This document shows positions 1 to 10,051 of a stretch of 39,875 bases of DNA, one piece after another. This DNA comes from Anaerolineae bacterium. GTDB taxonomy: Bacteria; Chloroflexota; Anaerolineae; S016-19. The notes under the pieces were generated by a model. That model was given only the letters and a program-made list of their open reading frames with translations. It was not told where the DNA came from and did no database searches. Made by a program: the position numbers and the translations under genes. Where the stretch lies: positions 1 to 39,875 of the forward strand of contig WFSD01000163.1 in assembly GCA_015486235.1 (NCBI GenBank), in the 5' to 3' direction. The stretch's first letter is position 1; each line of letters opens with the position of its first letter.

Positions 1-99
1 CAGCAGGCCATAAACCTGGCACTTTTCCAGCGCTTCGCCGAGGAGGGGATTGAATTTGCGTACCCGACCCAGACAGTTTTTCTGGCAAACAACGGATAG
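1..99 (+). CDS. C-terminal fragment of a mechanosensitive channel (MscS family), 5' truncated by window edge
   Basis: Frame 1 reads QQAINLALFQRFAEEGIEFAYPTQTVFLANNG*; the F...GIEFAYPTQTV tail is typical of MscS C-termini. Confidence 0.75.
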   Translation, partial: QQAINLALFQRFAEEGIEFAYPTQTVFLANNG

Positions 100-102
100 T
101 CC

Positions 103-127
103 GGGCAGGCACAAGACCTGCCTTTAC
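103..127 (-). repeat. GTAG-type REP-like palindrome (degenerate GTAA)
   Basis: Reverse complement GTAAAGGCAGGTCTTGTGCCTGCCC matches 20466-20490 at 22/25 nt; lies 3 nt after the MscS stop. Confidence 0.65.
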
Positions 128-218
128 CCAGTACATCGAAAAAGGGCGTCTCGTCAATGGATCATACGGTAGCGCCGATGAGCTTCCCCAGAGAGACATC
201 GACCAGTAGAATGCAATC

Positions 219-1808
219 ATGAAACGAAAGCACTACTTTTGGGTTGCGGTACTGACACTGGTACTGTTGGCCTGCGTGGGCGTTGCGGTGTGCCGGGAGC
301 GCCTTGCTATCTCCCATACCCTGTTCCTCTGGACAGGCGAAACCGAATTCCCGCAGCAGATCAAGGGCATGACGGACCTGACCGCCGATATGCTCCGCCC
401 GAAGCCGAAAACAGAGGATTTGACCCCGGTGCGCTACGCCGACGTGAACCCTTTCGGCGTGAACACGTTCCTGGAACAGGAAGCTGATCCTGCCAAGCGT
501 GAGCGGACGGTCAGGATGATTGCCGATGCCGGGTTCCGCTGGATCCGCCAGGAGTTTCCCTGGGAAGACATCGAGATCAGCGGCAAAGGGGATTTCTGGG
601 ATCACAAATGGAACCACTCCGCCTGGGACAAGTACGACCAGATCGTGGATTTAGCACATAAGTATCACCTGGGACTCATCGTACGCCTATCCAACCCGCC
701 TGCATGGAGCAGGGCGGGAGGCAACTCGGTTGGTACTTATGCCCCACCAGATGATTTCGACGATTTCGGCGATTTCGTGGCCACGGTCGTCGCCCGTTAC
801 AAAGGCCGTGTCCGATACTACCAGATCTGGAACGAGCCGAACATCTATCCGGAGTGGGGAAACAGGCCGGTAAGCCCGGAGGAATACACGCGGCTTCTCT
901 GTACGGCCTACCATCGTGCCAAAGAAGTGGATCCAAACGTAGTGATCATTGCCGGAGCCCTGGCCAGCACCATCGAGCTCGGGCCTCGAAACATGAACGA
1001 TTTCATCTTCCTTCAGCGGATGTACGATGCAGGCGCCCGCAAGTGCTTCGATATCATGGCGATGCAGGGGTATGGACTCTGGTCTGGCCCAACCGACCGT
1101 CGGATGTATCCCATGATCACCAATTTCTCCCGTCCCAGGTACATCCGGGACATCATGGTGAAAAATGGTGACGCCAGCAAAGCGATCTGGATATCGGAGA
1201 TGAACTGGGATGCTGTCCCGAACTCAGTGCCGGACAAACGCTTTGGTCAGGTAACTCCGGAGCAGCAAGCCCGCTACGTGCCCATGGCCTACGAGCGCAT
1301 CCAGCGGGATTGGCCCTGGATCGGCGTGGTGAATCTCTGGTATTTCAAGCGTGCCACAGATCAGTGGGAGCGTGAGCAAAAGCCTGAGGCGTATTTCCGC
1401 ATGGTAGCCCCTGATTTCACCCCGCAGCCTGTTTACCGGTCCATGAAAGAGTACATGCACCGACAGCCGGTGGTTTATTACGGCCATCACCAGGAAACCC
1501 ACTGGGCGCTGCGGTGGGAGGGTGACTGGCGCAGGGAGAGCGTGAAAGGCGCCGAATTTGGCAAAGCTCAGGTGGTTGGCAATGCCGGGGGCAGTCTGAA
1601 CTTTGTCTTCGAAGGACACGGGCTGGCTTTTCGCATCCTGAGAGCGAGCCGTGTTTCCGTTACCGTGGACGGGAAAGCGCGGGATTTGCCAGTGCCGGGG
1701 AATGGGTTTTTGCGTGTGACGAATGGGCTCCCCGGCGGAAGGCATCGGGCCGCTCTGAAACTGGCTCAGCCCGGCGCTGCAGTCGACGCTGTGATAGTGT
1801 ATCGGTGA
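219..1808 (+). CDS. Membrane-anchored or secreted glycoside hydrolase, clan GH-A (GH5/GH39-like) with C-terminal beta-sandwich-like domain
   Basis: N-terminal hydrophobic helix; YYQIWNEPN (acid/base) and IWISEMNW (nucleophile) motifs; 529 aa. Confidence 0.8.
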   Translation: MKRKHYFWVAVLTLVLLACVGVAVCRERLAISHTLFLWTGETEFPQQIKGMTDLTADMLRPKPKTEDLTPVRYADVNPFGVNTFLEQEADPAKRERTVRMIADAGFRWIRQEFPWEDIEISGKGDFWDHKWNHSAWDKYDQIVDLAHKYHLGLIVRLSNPPAWSRAGGNSVGTYAPPDDFDDFGDFVATVVARYKGRVRYYQIWNEPNIYPEWGNRPVSPEEYTRLLCTAYHRAKEVDPNVVIIAGALASTIELGPRNMNDFIFLQRMYDAGARKCFDIMAMQGYGLWSGPTDRRMYPMITNFSRPRYIRDIMVKNGDASKAIWISEMNWDAVPNSVPDKRFGQVTPEQQARYVPMAYERIQRDWPWIGVVNLWYFKRATDQWEREQKPEAYFRMVAPDFTPQPVYRSMKEYMHRQPVVYYGHHQETHWALRWEGDWRRESVKGAEFGKAQVVGNAGGSLNFVFEGHGLAFRILRASRVSVTVDGKARDLPVPGNGFLRVTNGLPGGRHRAALKLAQPGAAVDAVIVYR

Positions 1809-2023
1809 CCTCGTGCAGCTGTTCTAATGACCAAAGGGATCACGTCTGTCTGCAGAACTTGCTCGCAGGGGATGTGCTCTTCAACCGCCCCGCCGGATAA
1901 ACCCGGCTCTGTGGGCGGGCGCGGCACGTTGCCGCCAGCTACCCGCCAGCCGAACCGATAAGAATGCTCTCTCGACGAAAGGGTGCTCTGTTGGTTGGCC
2001 CAGAGCCGGTCCGGTTTCTGCCA

Positions 2024-4753
2024 TCACCCTTCCAGCATCCTGAGGTGTTCCCTAAGCTTCCCGGTTTTTTCCTTCAGCGCTGCCAGCTTCTCACGTTCTC
2101 TCTGGACAACTTCCTCTGGAGCGCGTTCCGTGAACCCTTTGTTAGAAAGCAGGCCTTCGGACCGCTGGATTGCTTTCTGCGCCTGTCCCATCTCTTTTGC
2201 CAGGCGTTTCCTCTCGGCCTCCAGATTCACCATGCCGGCCAGCGGCAGGTACGCTACTAGATCGCCTGACACGACAGCCACGGATTTCGCTGGGGGTTCT
2301 GTCTCGGCCACCACCTGAGACACCTCTGTATCGAGTCTGCCGAGAAACGCTATCACCGGCAGCATCTCCTCGACTTCCGATGCCATCTTCCCGGCTGTCA
2401 GGATCGCCTTGGGCCGCTTTGCGGGTTCCACGTGGTACTCTGCTCTGACGTTTCGGATGCCGCGGACGAGTTCGATGACCGATGCCATGGTTGCCTCTGC
2501 CGCCACATCACGTCCACCAGATGCAGGCCACGGGGTGACGATGAGCGCCTCTGCCCAATCGGTCTTGCCAACTGCTTTCTTCAGTATCTGCCAGACCGTC
2601 TCGGTGACGAATGGCATGAATGGATGGAGCAGTCGCAGGCTTCGCTCCAGCACGTATGCAAGCACTTTTCGGACGCTCCTCGCAGCTGCCTCGTCCCTGC
2701 CGTAAATGGCGACTTTGCCGATCTCAAGGTACCAATCGCAGAACTCACCCCAGAAGAAATCGTGGACAAGCCTTCCTGCCTCACTGAACTGGTACGCGTC
2801 TATCAATCCCGTCGCCTCCGAGACGACGGAGTGCAGTCGGCTCACGATCCAGCGCGACGGCACGTCCGGCAGGACAGCAGCGTCCAATGTCTCGTCCCTC
2901 CCAACTGCTTCCACGTCCCTGCCTGTAACATTGGATATCACGAGCCGGGACGCGTTCCAGATTTTGTTGGCAAAATTTCGGCCGTCCGCCAGCCGGGTCT
3001 TGGAAAGCTTCATATCGTTGCCCGGCGTGGATCCAGTTACCAGAGTAAACCGCAGAGCGTCAGTGCCGTATTCCTCGACCAGATCCAGTGGATCCAGAGC
3101 ATTCTTCAACGATTTGCTCATCTTCCTGCCGAGCTCATCACGGATCAGACCATGGAGGTAGATGGTGTGGAACGGTTCTTTGCCGGTCATCTCCAGACCC
3201 ATCATCATCATCCGGGCAACCCAGAAGAAAAGGATGTCATAGCCAGTCTCAAGGACGCTGGTGGGGTAGTACCGCTTGTAGTCCTCCCTCTCCTCCGGCC
3301 AGCCAAGGGTGCTGAAAGGCCAGAGGCCGGAGCTGAACCAGGTATCCAGCACGTCCTCGTCCTGGTGGATGTGGGTGCTGCCGCATTTGGGGCAGACTTT
3401 CAAGTCCTCTTCCGAGGCAATCACTGCCCCACAGTCGTCGCAGTACCAGACTGGAATCCGGTGTCCCCACCAGAGCTGGCGGGAGATGCACCAGTCACGG
3501 ATGTTCTCCATCCAGTGGAAATAGACTTTCTCGAAATGGGAAGGCAGTATCTTCGTCCGCCCTTCCCGGACGGCTGCGATAGCCGGCTCGGCCAGTGGTT
3601 TGGTCTTCACGAACCACTGGGTGGAGATCATCGGCTCGATAATCGTGTGGCAGCGCTGGCAATGCCCCACCGAATGGACATATGGCTCTTCCTTGATGAC
3701 TAGGCCTTCTTTCCGCATATCCTCCCACAGGCGGACGCGGCACTCCTCCCTGGTGAGACCCTGGTATGGACCGGCGTTCTCGTTCATGGTCCCGTCCAGG
3801 TTCATCACATTGATGAACTCCAGCCCGTGCCGCTTGCCGATTTCGTAGTCATCCGGATCGTGGGCGGGCGTGACTTTCAACGCTCCTGTGCCGAACTCTA
3901 CATCCACGTGCTCGTCGGCGATGAGAGGGATTCGCCTGCCGAGGATTGGGACGATGGCATGTTTGCCCACATACTCTTTGTATCGATCGTCGTCAGGGTT
4001 CACGGCGACCGCTGTGTCGCCCAGGATCGTCTCCGGCCGGGTGGTTGCCACTGGGAGATATCCGCCTTCCTGTATGGGATACTTGAAATAGTAGAGGGTT
4101 CCCTGTTCTTCCTCGTGCTCCACCTCCAGATCTGAGATGGCTGTGCCGCATCTGGGGCACCAGTTTACCAGGTAGCTGCCCCTGTAGATGAGCCCTTTGT
4201 CGTAGAGCCGGACGAAAGCGGCACGCACCGCCTTGGAAAGCCCTTCGTCCAGGGTGAAACGCTCCCGTTCCCAATCGCAACTGACGCCCAGCCGCCGGTG
4301 TTGCCGGGTGATCCGATTGCCGTACTCCTCTTTCCACTCCCAGACTTTCTCCACGAATTTCTCCCGGCCCAGGTCTTTTCGGCTGATCCCCTGCTCCGCC
4401 AGCTTGCGCTCCACCACGTTCTGCGTGGCGATGCCAGCATGATCCGTGCCTGGCACCCACAATGTCGGGTCGCCGATCATCCGGTGGTAGCGGATCATCA
4501 GGTCTTCCAGTGACGCTGTCAGCGCGTGGCCCAGGTGAAGTGCCCCGGTGACATTGGGAGGCGGCATGGAGATCACGAAAGGCTTGCGCGATGGGTCGGC
4601 CAGGCCGCTTTCCAGTTGTTGTTCTGGCTTGAAGAATTTCCTGGCGTCCCACCAGTCGTAGATGGCGGCCTCGTACCTGGCAGAATCGTATGCCTTGGGC
4701 ATCCCCCCCGGCTCCGGGAGAGGCAATGCGGGCGTCTTCTCGGATTTCGACAT
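2024..4753 (-). CDS. valS: Valine--tRNA ligase
   Basis: PPPNVTGALHLGH (HIGH), DWCISRQLWWGH and KMSKS motifs, C-terminal coiled coil; ATG at 4753 preceded by GGAGGAGAGG. Confidence 0.98.
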   Translation of the reverse strand: MSKSEKTPALPLPEPGGMPKAYDSARYEAAIYDWWDARKFFKPEQQLESGLADPSRKPFVISMPPPNVTGALHLGHALTASLEDLMIRYHRMIGDPTLWVPGTDHAGIATQNVVERKLAEQGISRKDLGREKFVEKVWEWKEEYGNRITRQHRRLGVSCDWERERFTLDEGLSKAVRAAFVRLYDKGLIYRGSYLVNWCPRCGTAISDLEVEHEEEQGTLYYFKYPIQEGGYLPVATTRPETILGDTAVAVNPDDDRYKEYVGKHAIVPILGRRIPLIADEHVDVEFGTGALKVTPAHDPDDYEIGKRHGLEFINVMNLDGTMNENAGPYQGLTREECRVRLWEDMRKEGLVIKEEPYVHSVGHCQRCHTIIEPMISTQWFVKTKPLAEPAIAAVREGRTKILPSHFEKVYFHWMENIRDWCISRQLWWGHRIPVWYCDDCGAVIASEEDLKVCPKCGSTHIHQDEDVLDTWFSSGLWPFSTLGWPEEREDYKRYYPTSVLETGYDILFFWVARMMMMGLEMTGKEPFHTIYLHGLIRDELGRKMSKSLKNALDPLDLVEEYGTDALRFTLVTGSTPGNDMKLSKTRLADGRNFANKIWNASRLVISNVTGRDVEAVGRDETLDAAVLPDVPSRWIVSRLHSVVSEATGLIDAYQFSEAGRLVHDFFWGEFCDWYLEIGKVAIYGRDEAAARSVRKVLAYVLERSLRLLHPFMPFVTETVWQILKKAVGKTDWAEALIVTPWPASGGRDVAAEATMASVIELVRGIRNVRAEYHVEPAKRPKAILTAGKMASEVEEMLPVIAFLGRLDTEVSQVVAETEPPAKSVAVVSGDLVAYLPLAGMVNLEAERKRLAKEMGQAQKAIQRSEGLLSNKGFTERAPEEVVQREREKLAALKEKTGKLREHLRMLEG

Positions 4754-4847
4754 GATGAGTCCCTCTCCTCCTGTGATGTGAAAAAGACCTCCATTGGCCG
4801 ATGAAGCAGATAGGTTCGATCGTATGTATTCGGCTGTCTTGGGGTGG

Positions 4848-4876
4848 ATTATAGGGTAGAGGCCGAGGGATGTCAA
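4848..4876 (-). promoter_or_regulatory. Consensus sigma70/sigmaA promoter of valS
   Basis: Minus strand TTGACA-17 nt-TATAAT, ~95 nt upstream of the valS ATG. Confidence 0.85.
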
Positions 4877-5005
4877 ACGCCGGGCGCGAAATCCCCCCTG
4901 GGGCTTTTGAAGCAAATCGAAAGCCCAAAGCCGTTTCAGGAGCTTTCTCGATGCACATGGGGCAAATCACGACTCGCCATCGGGGTTGATGGAGACCGAC
5001 GACAG

Positions 5006-5066
5006 TTCAGGGGGGAGCCTGGGGGCCCTACGGCCCCCGGGATTTGCTTCGCACTCCCCCCCTGAA
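5006..5066. repeat. GC-rich nested inverted repeat between divergent valS and the glycosyltransferase gene
   Basis: TTCAGGGGGGAG/CTCCCCCCCTGAA enclosing GGGGGCC-CTAC-GGCCCCC. Confidence 0.6.
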
Positions 5067-5148
5067 ACCACGTTTGCGGTTTCCACCATGGAAATGTAAA
5101 ATATGCAGGCTGGGAATTGTGGGAGGGTATTGTAATCGAGCGGCGGCA

Positions 5149-6255
5149 ATGAAAATAGCATTCATAGGCACCAGGGGAGTACCGGCCAGCTATAGCGGCT
5201 TCGAGACCTGCGTGGAAGAGCTTGGGAGCAGGCTGGCCCGGCGCGGACATGAGGTTACGGCATACTGCCGGCCGCACCATGTTCACTACCCCTTGCCTGC
5301 CTATCGCGGGATGCGACTGGTGAAGCTTCCGACCTTGCAGAACAAATACCTGGATACCATAGTCCATGCAGCCATCTCCTCCCTGCACGCTCTCACCCAA
5401 GGGTACGACATCGCTTTCTACTGCATCGCCGGAAACAGCCCCGTCGCCTGGATTCCCCGGATTGCCGGACAGCGGACAGCCATCAACGTCGATGGGTTGG
5501 ACTGGAAACGGGAGAAATGGCCCAGACTGGCGAAGAAATACCTCCAGTGGACAGAACGGATCGCCGGAAAGACCGCCAATGTGGTGGTGACCGACTCGAG
5601 AGCAGTACAGCGGTTCTACCGGGAGCACTATGGCACGGAGACAACCTACATCGCATACGGTGCCAGCGCCCAGAAGCGCCCGCCGGGGACCGCCCTGCAG
5701 AAATTCGGGCTGGAGCCGCGCCGATACATTCTTTTCGTCGGCAGGCTCGTGCCGGAAAATGCCCCGCACCACCTGATCGATGCATTCGACGATCTGGACA
5801 CAGACATGAAGGTCGTTATTGTCGGGGACGCGCCCTACGCCGAGGAGTACATCGCCAGCATCCGCTCCACCGACGACCCCCGCATCGTATTCACCGGATA
5901 CCAGTTCGGCGAGGCATACCAGGAATTGAGCAGCCACGCGTACGCTTTCGTCGAAACCTCCGGCGTGGGGGGGACGCATCCGGCCCTGGTGGAGCAGATG
6001 GCTTTCGGCAACTGCGTCGTGGTGAACGACACCGAGGAGAATCTGGAGACGATAGGGGATGCCGGCCTGAGCTACCACGGCGCCGATGGGGGCAAGTCCC
6101 TGCGCCAAGTGCTGGCAGATCTCCTGTCCCACCCGGAGAAAGTGGAAGCATACAGGGCGAAAGCCGCCGAGAGGGCCGCCCAGGTGTACGATTGGGAACG
6201 GGTGACGGACGCTTACGAGTCTCTGTTCCTCGATATGCTTGGAGGTGAGGGCTGA
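5149..6255 (+). CDS. Glycosyltransferase family 4 (GT-B, DUF1972-type N-terminus)
   Basis: MKIAFIGTRGVPASYSGFET start, NVDGLDWKREKW, VGRLVPEN and GGTHPALVEQMAFG motifs. Confidence 0.9.
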   Translation: MKIAFIGTRGVPASYSGFETCVEELGSRLARRGHEVTAYCRPHHVHYPLPAYRGMRLVKLPTLQNKYLDTIVHAAISSLHALTQGYDIAFYCIAGNSPVAWIPRIAGQRTAINVDGLDWKREKWPRLAKKYLQWTERIAGKTANVVVTDSRAVQRFYREHYGTETTYIAYGASAQKRPPGTALQKFGLEPRRYILFVGRLVPENAPHHLIDAFDDLDTDMKVVIVGDAPYAEEYIASIRSTDDPRIVFTGYQFGEAYQELSSHAYAFVETSGVGGTHPALVEQMAFGNCVVVNDTEENLETIGDAGLSYHGADGGKSLRQVLADLLSHPEKVEAYRAKAAERAAQVYDWERVTDAYESLFLDMLGGEG

Positions 6256-7676
6256 TGTCCAGGAAAGAAGACACCAACCTGGTCCTTTATCTGGTCGTCT
6301 CGGATCTGCTCCTGACCCTGTTGTCCATGTACCTGGCGGTGCACCTGCGGGCGGAGCTTCCGTGGGGGACGAACCTGCCTCCGCACCTGGTTTCGGTACC
6401 TGTAGGGATATATCTGATGGTTGTCATCGTCTGGGGGCTTGTGTTCCAGTTCTTCTCCGTATACGCCCCCACCCGCAGGACGCGTGCCGTGGACGAAGTG
6501 CAGCAGATCGTCGTCGCTGTCGTGACTTCGGTAGTGCTCCTCGCGGGCATCCTCTACCTGTCCTACCGGGAGGTGTCCAGACTTCTCTTCCTCTATTTCG
6601 CCGCGATAGACCTGGTGCTTCTCGTATCCCATCGGCTTCTCTTGCGGCTGTTTCTGAACTACGCCGGAGGCTCCTCCAGTGCCACGAGCAGGGTTCTGAT
6701 AGTCGGAATGGGGCGGGTGGGGCAGGAGCTCGCGCGGCAGATCCATGAGAGGAGCTGGGCGGGACTGGAACTGATCGGCTGTCTGGACGATGCCCCGGAG
6801 AAACAGGGGGATTTCTTCGAAGGAGTGCAAGTCCTGGGAAAGATAAACGACGTGGAAAGGGTGGTACAGGGAAACGAGATAGACGAAGTGATCATAACGC
6901 TGCCTGCGGCGGCCCATAGCAAAATCGAAAGGCTGGTGCTGAAGCTCCTGGGCGCGCCGGTGAGCGTCAGGATGGTGCCGGACATGCTGGACCTGGCTTT
7001 CTCCAGGGCAACCCTGGAGGATTTCGGCGGCATCCCTCTCATCGGGCTGCGGGATCCCGCCATCACCGGATTCCAGCGGCTGGTGAAGCGCTCTTTCGAC
7101 CTGGCGCTGAGCGTCACATTGTTCTTGCTCCTCTGGCCGCTGATGCTGCTCATCGCCATCGTCATCAAAGCCACTTCGCCGGGAGGCCCCGTCATCTTCA
7201 AGCAGGAGCGCGTCGGGGAAAACGGCAAATTCTTCATGATGTACAAATTCAGAACCATGGTGCCGGATGCCGAACAGGTGGCTCTGGAAAAGTTCCAGCG
7301 AGAGGGAGTTGAAAGCTTCGAGTGGCACAAGCGCCCGGACGACCCCCGCGTGACCCCCCTGGGCCGGGTTCTGCGCCACACCAGCCTGGACGAACTGCCA
7401 CAGCTTTTCAACGTCATCAAAGGGGAAATGAGCCTGGTGGGCCCCAGGCCGGAGCTCCCGTACATCGTCGCCCATTACGAGCCGTGGCAGTACAAGCGAT
7501 TTTCTGTGCCTCCCGGCATAACCGGCTGGTGGCAGGTGAACGGCCGTAGCGAGCGGACGATGCACCTGCATACCGAGGACGACCTGTACTACATCCAGAA
7601 CTACTCCCCGTGGCTCGATCTGGTGATCCTCTGGCGCACCATCGGGGCGGTGATCAAAGGTCGCGGGGCGTACTGA
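6255..7676 (+). CDS. Polyprenyl glycosylphosphotransferase (WcaJ/WbaP-like priming sugar transferase)
   Basis: Four N-terminal TM segments, Rossmann-like VLIVGMG, KRSFD, KFRTM, DDPRVT, SLDELPQLFNV, MSLVGPRP and PGITGWWQV; TGATG coupling to upstream gene. Confidence 0.93.
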   Translation: MSRKEDTNLVLYLVVSDLLLTLLSMYLAVHLRAELPWGTNLPPHLVSVPVGIYLMVVIVWGLVFQFFSVYAPTRRTRAVDEVQQIVVAVVTSVVLLAGILYLSYREVSRLLFLYFAAIDLVLLVSHRLLLRLFLNYAGGSSSATSRVLIVGMGRVGQELARQIHERSWAGLELIGCLDDAPEKQGDFFEGVQVLGKINDVERVVQGNEIDEVIITLPAAAHSKIERLVLKLLGAPVSVRMVPDMLDLAFSRATLEDFGGIPLIGLRDPAITGFQRLVKRSFDLALSVTLFLLLWPLMLLIAIVIKATSPGGPVIFKQERVGENGKFFMMYKFRTMVPDAEQVALEKFQREGVESFEWHKRPDDPRVTPLGRVLRHTSLDELPQLFNVIKGEMSLVGPRPELPYIVAHYEPWQYKRFSVPPGITGWWQVNGRSERTMHLHTEDDLYYIQNYSPWLDLVILWRTIGAVIKGRGAY

Positions 7677-7683
7677 TCAGCAC

Positions 7684-8388
7684 TCAAAATCCCAGCCCGC
7701 GTTCTTTGAGGCTCACCCAGCGCCCGCGTCCGATCACCAGGTGATCCAGGACTTTCACCCCAAGGAGTTCCCCGGCCTCCACCATCTTCCTGGTTATGGC
7801 CACATCCTGGGCCGACGGTGTGGGGTCGCCACTGGGGTGATTATGGACGGCAATCAGAGCGCTGGCGTTGCTCCTGACCGCCTCCCGGAACAAGTCCCCC
7901 ATCCGGACGCCTGCCGTGTTCAGCCCTCCGACTGACACCGTCACGATCTCCAACACCCGGTGCCTGGTGTCCAGCAGGATCGCCCGCAGGTGTTCCTGCT
8001 CCAGGAACGCCATCTCACCAACGACCAGGTTGGCCGCGTCCTGGGGCGAGGTGATCTGGGGACGCACGTCTTCCCCTTCCAGCGTAAGCCGCCTGCTGAG
8101 CTCCATGGATGCCTTTATCTGAGCGACTTTCGCCTCGCCAAGCCCTTTCTCCTGCATAAGCTGATTTACGCCGGAGCGCGCCAGTCCTCCCAGCCCGCCG
8201 TAGGATGCCAGCAACCGTTCCGCCAGCCTGACCGCGTTTTCCCCGCCCACCCCCGTGCGCAGCACGATGGCCAGCAGCTCCGCGGTGTTCAACGCCTGCG
8301 GCCCCACCAGCAATAGCCGCTCCCTGGGGCGGTCGGAGGCAGGCAGCTCCTTTATCGTGGGCCGGTATTCGTCTTCTTCTTCCCTCAC
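7684..8388 (-). CDS. radC: RadC/UPF0758 JAB-domain protein
   Basis: [31 protein letters not shown] and LDHLVIG motifs; GTG start overlaps the sirtuin stop (GTGA). Confidence 0.92.
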   Translation of the reverse strand: MREEEDEYRPTIKELPASDRPRERLLLVGPQALNTAELLAIVLRTGVGGENAVRLAERLLASYGGLGGLARSGVNQLMQEKGLGEAKVAQIKASMELSRRLTLEGEDVRPQITSPQDAANLVVGEMAFLEQEHLRAILLDTRHRVLEIVTVSVGGLNTAGVRMGDLFREAVRSNASALIAVHNHPSGDPTPSAQDVAITRKMVEAGELLGVKVLDHLVIGRGRWVSLKERGLGF

Positions 8389-9155
8389 CGTCGGGCCCCT
8401 CCTTTCAACACCAGGTCGGCTATGGCCGGGAGCGCTTTCGCCACGTCCTCCCGGATCACCAGGTCCGCTTTGCCGTCCACAGTGGTCCATTGAAGGTTAA
8501 CCAGGATGAGCTTGCTGCCACGCTTCTTGGCCAGCAGCGGCAGGTCCGCGGCGGGCATCACCATGAGGGACGAACCTGCCACCAGCATCAGGTCGCACAG
8601 GAGCGCTTCCTGCTGCGCCGCTTTCAGCTCCTCGTAGGGGAGCAATTCCCCAAAGAGAACCACATCCGGCTTGAGGAGACCACCGCATTTCGGACACCGG
8701 GGAATCTCGCCCCGCTTGACCATCTCCCAGAGCTCCTCGCCGATGGGATATTTTGCGCCGCAGTCCAGACATGTAGCGGTCTCCACATGCCCGTGGACAG
8801 GGATAACCCTTCTTGCTCCGGCTTTCTGGTGCAGGGAATCGATATTCTGGGTGATGATGGCGTAGAGGTAACCCGCTTCTTCCAATCGCGCCAGGGCTAT
8901 GTGGGCCGGATTCGGGCGTGCATTCCGCACGGTGTCGATGAGCGATCTGGACCAGTCGTAGAACCTCTCCGGATGTTCCCGGAACCCCCACAGGGATGCA
9001 ACCTCGAAAGGGTCGTACCTGGCCCAGAGCCCGTAGCTGGGACTGCGGAAATCCGGTATTCCGGAAGGCGTGCTGATGCCGGCCCCTGTCAGGGCGATGG
9101 CGTGTTTCGACTCCAGGATCATCCTGGCAGCCTCTCGGATGGCTTTTCTGTTCAT
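8385..9155 (-). CDS. cobB: NAD-dependent protein deacylase (sirtuin)
   Basis: [24 protein letters not shown], two CxxC pairs, [13 protein letters not shown]. Confidence 0.93.
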   Translation of the reverse strand: MNRKAIREAARMILESKHAIALTGAGISTPSGIPDFRSPSYGLWARYDPFEVASLWGFREHPERFYDWSRSLIDTVRNARPNPAHIALARLEEAGYLYAIITQNIDSLHQKAGARRVIPVHGHVETATCLDCGAKYPIGEELWEMVKRGEIPRCPKCGGLLKPDVVLFGELLPYEELKAAQQEALLCDLMLVAGSSLMVMPAADLPLLAKKRGSKLILVNLQWTTVDGKADLVIREDVAKALPAIADLVLKGGARR

Positions 9156-9213
9156 AATCAGCGATTAGCCTGGATATGCCCCAAGTCCACGAACACCGAA
9201 TGAATACGGCACA

Positions 9214-9300
9214 AGGGATTAGGGGACAGGGGTTAGGGGGTAAGTACTGCCTTTTGCTCCCAGGAGCCCTTTCGCGCCTAACCCCTGTTCCCTAGCCCCT
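9214..9300. repeat. Heptamer-periodic inverted repeat overlapping the GT2 3' end
   Basis: Left arm AGGGATT-AGGGGAC-AGGGGTT-AGG (9214-9237); reverse complement of right arm 9277-9300 matches at 21/24. Confidence 0.8.
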
Positions 9301-10051
9301 GCCTTTCCCGCCACAGCGACGCCAGATTTCGGTACATCACCCAGTTGTAGTACGCCATCAGCAGGCTCAGGCGCAGGCCGTGGAACCCGTCCTTCCACCC
9401 TTCCAGCGTGAAATAGCGCCTCCGGAACTCCCGCAGCGGCTGCAGGACGAAATTGTGCGGCTTCGGGCGTATCCCTTGTTTGAACATGATCCCGGCCTCG
9501 TAAGACATGTAGATCCGCTGCTTGGCGTGAAACTGCTCCCAGGTGTCATAGTTGTAGTGCTCCAGCGGCGTTCGCAGGTGTCCCGCCGGGCCGTCCAACA
9601 GCACGATCTCGTGCACCTCGCGGGAGGGATCGTACATTGCCCTGCCCCTACGCAGCAAGCGGAGCTGGTAGTCGGGGTACCAGCCTGCGTGCATCACCAC
9701 TTTGCCCACGATATGGTTGTGCCGCGGCACCCACCACCCCGCTTTCTCCCGATCCTCGGCTGCTTCACGGATTTCTCGGACCAGAGCTTCCGGTATCCGC
9801 TCGTCGGCGTCCAGGAAGAACACCCACGGGGTGTCCACGGCGTCCATGGCGGAGTTCCGCTGGGCGGCGTAGTTGTCGAAAGGCCGCTGCAACACCCGCG
9901 CCCCCGCGTCCCTCGCCAGGGGTACGGTGTCGTCATCGCTGAAAGAATCGAACACCAGCACGTCGTCCGCCCAGCGGGCGGTAGAGATGCAATCGACAAT
10001 GTTCCGGGATTCGTCGTGGGTCAGGATGACGACGGTGACCTCGTTCGGCAT
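9278..10051 (-). CDS. Glycosyltransferase family 2 (WaaE/KdtX-like)
   Basis: VVILTHDE, DSFSDDDT, FLDADE, WYPDYQLRL and VHE motifs. Confidence 0.9.
   Translation of the reverse strand: MPNEVTVVILTHDESRNIVDCISTARWADDVLVFDSFSDDDTVPLARDAGARVLQRPFDNYAAQRNSAMDAVDTPWVFFLDADERIPEALVREIREAAEDREKAGWWVPRHNHIVGKVVMHAGWYPDYQLRLLRRGRAMYDPSREVHEIVLLDGPAGHLRTPLEHYNYDTWEQFHAKQRIYMSYEAGIMFKQGIRPKPHNFVLQPLREFRRRYFTLEGWKDGFHGLRLSLLMAYYNWVMYRNLASLWRERQGLGNRG

Noticed and set aside
1884-1947. GC-rich hairpins between convergent GH and valS as another REP copy
   Set aside because: Only a weak GTAG-hairpin resemblance; equally explained as a terminator region of convergent genes
2432-3703. Long antisense or alternate-frame ORFs (also 4936-6132, 6213-7571, 11049-12296, 13953-14999)
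   Set aside because: Shadow ORFs of well-supported genes in GC-rich DNA, with no recognisable motifs
7684-8388. radC as marker of an integrated mobile or defence element
   Set aside because: Full-length chromosomal-type RadC coupled to a sirtuin, with no integrase, att site or transposase nearby
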